Shown here: positions 60,411 through 64,000 of the stretch, one piece after another | Layout: every line of letters starts with the position of its first letter | Numbering within the stretch: the stretch's first letter is position 1 | From: Promethearchaeota archaeon | Lineage (GTDB): Archaea; Asgardarchaeota; Lokiarchaeia; Sigyniarchaeales; SOKP01 | Length of the DNA: 64,000 nt | Direction of reading: 5' to 3' | NCBI GenBank assembly: GCA_016840085.1 | Contig: JAEOTA010000081.1 | Span: forward strand, 32,001-96,000 | Position numbers and translations under genes: made by a program | The notes under the pieces: generated by a model | What the model saw: only the letters and a program-made list of their open reading frames with translations | The model's database searches: none | What the model was told of the DNA's origin: nothing

Positions 60411-61376
60411 TTATTTGTTCATATTTTTCCTTAGCCAATCATATGTTTTTTGTAATCCTTCATCAATACTAATTTGGGGATGATAATTTAATATTGTTTT
60501 GGCTTTATTTATGTCTGAATGTGTAATATCTACATCTCCTTTTTGCTTATCAGCGTATATTATATTTTTAGGTTTGTTTGCAATTTTAGACATTTTTTCA
60601 ACTAATTGATTAACACTAATAGGATTTGAATACCCTAAATTAAATGCTTCCCCTGAGGAATTATTACTCTCTGCTGCTAAAATTAATCCATTAACTATAT
60701 CCGAAATATATGTGAAATCTCTTAGCTGTTCCCCTTCACCATAAATAGTAATTTCTTTGTCTTGGAAAATAAGGTTTAAAAATTTTCTTATTGCCATATC
60801 TGGTCTACCTCTTGGCCCATAAACAGTATAAAATCTAAGAGAAGAAGTAGGAAGGTTATTTTCTCGAAAAAAATAGTCAACATACATTTCACAACATAAT
60901 TTTGAGATAGCGTATGGAGATATAGGGTTTTTAGGGTGTTCTTCATCAACTGGAGTATAAATTGGATTGCCATATACAGAAGAAGATGATGAATAAATAA
61001 CCTTTTTTACATTATTTTTATCAGCATATTCTAAGATATTGAGAGTACTAATGATATTATTATTAGTAATTTTTCCTGCATGTTCAATTGAATATCTTAC
61101 ACCTGGTTGAGCAGCAAGATGAAATATAATATCAATATCGCAATTAATTTCTTCAAAAACTGATTTATTTAATAAATCTCCTCTAATTAGATCGAAGTCT
61201 TTAAATTTTTCATAATTTTTAGTTATTTCTTCTATGTTTTCTTCTTTTCCGGAATAATAATCATTAAAATTATCTATTATTATGATATAATTATCTTTTA
61301 TAATTAAATTCTCAAAAAGATGGGAACCTATAAAACCTGCTCCCCCAGAAATCAAAATATTTTTATTTTTTATCAT
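60411..61376 (-). CDS. NAD-dependent nucleotide-sugar epimerase (UDP-glucuronate 4-epimerase-like)
   Basis: SGGAGFIGS, HLAAQPGVRYS, YAISK, FYTVYGPRGRPDMA. Confidence 0.92.
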   Translation of the reverse strand: MIKNKNILISGGAGFIGSHLFENLIIKDNYIIIIDNFNDYYSGKEENIEEITKNYEKFKDFDLIRGDLLNKSVFEEINCDIDIIFHLAAQPGVRYSIEHAGKITNNNIISTLNILEYADKNNVKKVIYSSSSSVYGNPIYTPVDEEHPKNPISPYAISKLCCEMYVDYFFRENNLPTSSLRFYTVYGPRGRPDMAIRKFLNLIFQDKEITIYGEGEQLRDFTYISDIVNGLILAAESNNSSGEAFNLGYSNPISVNQLVEKMSKIANKPKNIIYADKQKGDVDITHSDINKAKTILNYHPQISIDEGLQKTYDWLRKNMNK

Positions 61377-61664
61377 AGTGATTTCAAATTCTTTTTTTTA
61401 AATAGAATAATTATTCTAAGGAAGAATAAATTAATTATATTACTAAAAAAATTCTTAAAATTGTCTATTAGAAAGAAAATTCTTTATAAATTCGTCCTAA
61501 ACTTAATAAAATTTATAAAAAATCAAAATATTATTCAGAGATTCAATTTCATAAGACTTTAAAACGTATAAAAGTAGTTTATTTAATTTAAATCAAGAAA
61601 TTAGAAAATTTTATGTGCTGAATCTTTTAAAGGATAAAATAACATCTTAATTCGTTTATTAAAA

Positions 61665-62876
61665 TTATTGATATAATCGTTCAAAATTTTTAATATTTTT
61701 TTTCCATAGGAATTTAGCTTGTATTTTATCCAGACTATTTTTTATAAATTGATTTCTTAAATCTTCATCTCGTAACAGTTTTTTTATTGATCGTGCATAG
61801 CATATGTAATTTTCTGTTTCACATAAAAGTCCATTTTTTAAATGATTTATTAAATCTCTTGTACCCGCTATATTACTGGTAACTATTGGAACTTGAAAAA
61901 CCATTGCTTCCATTAAGACACCAGCTAAACCTTCTCCTCTACTTGGAAGAAAAAATATATCTGCATGCCCATAAAAATTATGAACATCAAGTCTATTCCC
62001 TACAAATAAAATTATTTCTCCTAATCCTAATGTTGAAGCTTTCTGGATTGATCTTTTCCGCTCTGGACCATCTCCTATCAATATAAACTTAATATTCTCA
62101 TTTTTTAGTAATTTAGCAGTTTTTAAAATTAAATCAATCCCTTTCCTTTTATTAAGGAGTCCAATAAACAAAATTATTTTTTCATTTTTAAGAATGTTAA
62201 AAATCTCCTTTATATTTTTATCAGGCGTTTTTGGTGTTAAATCAATTCCAGTAGGGGTAATTCTGATTTTTCTTTTAGGAACTCCTGCTTTATCAGCATA
62301 TTTAATTAAGGATCTTCCATAAACTGTGATATAATTAGAAGCAATAAAAACAAGTTTACCTAATATTTTAAAGAAAATTTTAAAGAAGACATCTAATTTT
62401 GATGATACTTTAAAGGAATAAGACGGAATAGTATCCATTGTGAGAACTAATTTTTTTTTTTTAAAGAATAAGAGTTTTAGTAAGCAAATTATAAATGTAT
62501 TTGGATAGAATGGTACCCAAGCATGAATTATATCATTTTCTTTTAAGATTTTCCAACATTTTTTAAAAAATTCCAAATTGGTGGGGATAGGCCAAGAATA
62601 TCCTGAAGATTTTGTCCAAACCGGGTAAGTTATTAGATTAATTCCCTTAAAATCGTCGTAGTGTCTTGAATCTTTTTTTTTTAATTCTTTTTTTTTTCTT
62701 GGAGTAAAAACTGATACAATATATCTTTTTTTTTTTAAATTATTCATGATATAAGAAATTGGTCTCTTTGTATTAATACCAGGGTTTATATAACAAATTC
62801 TTTTGTATTGTCTACTCATAAATAAGGAAAAGAAGTATGAAATTTTTAAATTACTTTTTTTTACAAAAATTTTCAT
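61665..62876 (-). CDS. Glycosyltransferase family 4
   Basis: RKG, GDGPER, LPSRGEGL..VLMEAM. Confidence 0.92.
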   Translation of the reverse strand: MKIFVKKSNLKISYFFSLFMSRQYKRICYINPGINTKRPISYIMNNLKKKRYIVSVFTPRKKKELKKKDSRHYDDFKGINLITYPVWTKSSGYSWPIPTNLEFFKKCWKILKENDIIHAWVPFYPNTFIICLLKLLFFKKKKLVLTMDTIPSYSFKVSSKLDVFFKIFFKILGKLVFIASNYITVYGRSLIKYADKAGVPKRKIRITPTGIDLTPKTPDKNIKEIFNILKNEKIILFIGLLNKRKGIDLILKTAKLLKNENIKFILIGDGPERKRSIQKASTLGLGEIILFVGNRLDVHNFYGHADIFFLPSRGEGLAGVLMEAMVFQVPIVTSNIAGTRDLINHLKNGLLCETENYICYARSIKKLLRDEDLRNQFIKNSLDKIQAKFLWKKNIKNFERLYQ

Positions 62877-63122
62877 TAAATTAGTCTTAAAATAACTAAT
62901 ACTATAAGCTAATTAAAAAGAATGATTGTAGGATATATCTCCTTGAGTTTACAAAATATTAAAAGGCATAAGTTGTTATTGAGACAGTTATATAAATATA
63001 TAATTAATAAAGTACTAATTTTTTATATTACGTAATTTTTTAACACATATCGAAGTTTTATTAATAATTAGATTTAAATTTAATAATAGAAACTGATTTT
63101 AATACATCTAGGAGTATTCATT

Positions 63123-63959
63123 TTGAAAACATCAACATCTTCTAAAAATTTGAAATATACTACGAAGAAAAATACACCTAAATCTCTTGATACAAAATAC
63201 CTTTTTCCAGGCTTAAAAATAGGTGTAATAATACCAGCATATAATGAAGAATTGAATATAGGAAAAACCCTTGAAGAAATCCCCCATAATTTATCTGAAA
63301 AATTTGATGTTATAGTAGTCGATGATGGATCCGCCGATAAAACTAGCGAAGTTGCTAATCAGCATAATATCACTTTAATTAAGCACTCTCAAAACAGAGG
63401 ATATGGGGCTGCAGTTACAACAGGATTAAATTATTGCAAGAAAGATAAATTTGATGTGATAGTTATACTTGATGCTGATGGCCAACATCCTCCTAGGTAT
63501 ATTAAAGATTTTATAAAACCTATTATTGAAAATAATGTAGAGTTTGTCATTGGAAATCGTTTTAAATATTATTATGATATGAACAGCTTTAAGAAACTTT
63601 CAGTTAAAATTATGACTGCCTTTTATATGGTATTTTTTCAAAGAAAAGTAATGGATCCTACTAATGGATATAGATCATTGTCTTCAAAAATAATAGAAAA
63701 TTTAGAACTTGAATCTGTATATTCCATATCACAAGAGATGCTTTTCAAAATTATTCCTTTCTACAAATATAAAGAAATTCCTATTATTGTTAGACAAAGG
63801 AACCACGGGAAATCTTTTATAAAAATGAGAAATTATTTACTCAAAATAATATTACTATTCTTAAAATTTTACATTTTCCCAAAAATTAAAAAAATCACTC
63901 ATAAATTTTTAAGTGGAGATTTCAGACAGAGAGTTAAAAAATATTATCTGAGAACTTAA
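63123..63959 (+). CDS. Glycosyltransferase family 2 (DPM-synthase-like)
   Basis: IPAYNEE, VVDDGSAD.T, NRGYG, DADGQH, GNRF, D..NGYR. Confidence 0.93.
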   Translation: MKTSTSSKNLKYTTKKNTPKSLDTKYLFPGLKIGVIIPAYNEELNIGKTLEEIPHNLSEKFDVIVVDDGSADKTSEVANQHNITLIKHSQNRGYGAAVTTGLNYCKKDKFDVIVILDADGQHPPRYIKDFIKPIIENNVEFVIGNRFKYYYDMNSFKKLSVKIMTAFYMVFFQRKVMDPTNGYRSLSSKIIENLELESVYSISQEMLFKIIPFYKYKEIPIIVRQRNHGKSFIKMRNYLLKIILLFLKFYIFPKIKKITHKFLSGDFRQRVKKYYLRT

Positions 63960-64000
63960 ATCTTTCTAATTCTATAATTTGAAGTTATGAAGGTAATAAT

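Noticed and set aside
63-62086. Short ORF-track entries antisense to or nested in long genes (e.g. 63-290, 3400-3591, 8048-8425, 29421-29693, 40511-40840, 42500-42928, 51401-51853)
   Set aside because: Shadow ORFs of well-supported genes, with no motifs of their own.
1-64000. CRISPR array, rRNA, integrase or provirus at the tRNA
   Set aside because: No regularly spaced repeat-spacer series, no long GC-rich rRNA-like tract, and no integrase or duplicated tRNA 3' end were seen.

Overview
AT-rich archaeal DNA whose gene content points to an Asgard archaeon, most likely Lokiarchaeia/Promethearchaeota (inferred from a Rab-like GTPase, a roadblock plus longin-GTPase pair, eukaryote-type ubiquitin E1 and E2, a GPN GTPase, PDCD5 and a GIFT-domain protein). 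Main discovery: the ubiquitin E2 gene (20473-21012, +) and the E1 gene (23364-24977, -) are each interrupted by a 30-nt insert carrying an in-frame TAA. Each insert folds into a bulge-helix-bulge (BHB) motif, and cutting at the canonical BHB positions exactly restores the conserved protein sequence. They look like tRNA-type mRNA introns gating the ubiquitin system, and they lie next to a tRNA-Tyr with two BHB-type introns of its own. Several conserved genes, including the E2, appear to start at ATT. Also present: a solo TnpB with a rearranged RuvC site, a 2122-aa helical repeat protein, a split PEP-synthase-like dikinase module, a candidate ncRNA, and a phosphonate (PepM/Ppd/reductase/cytidylyltransferase) surface-glycan cluster at about 43-64 kb. 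No CRISPR array or rRNA was seen. All calls come from reading the sequence by eye; no searches were run.
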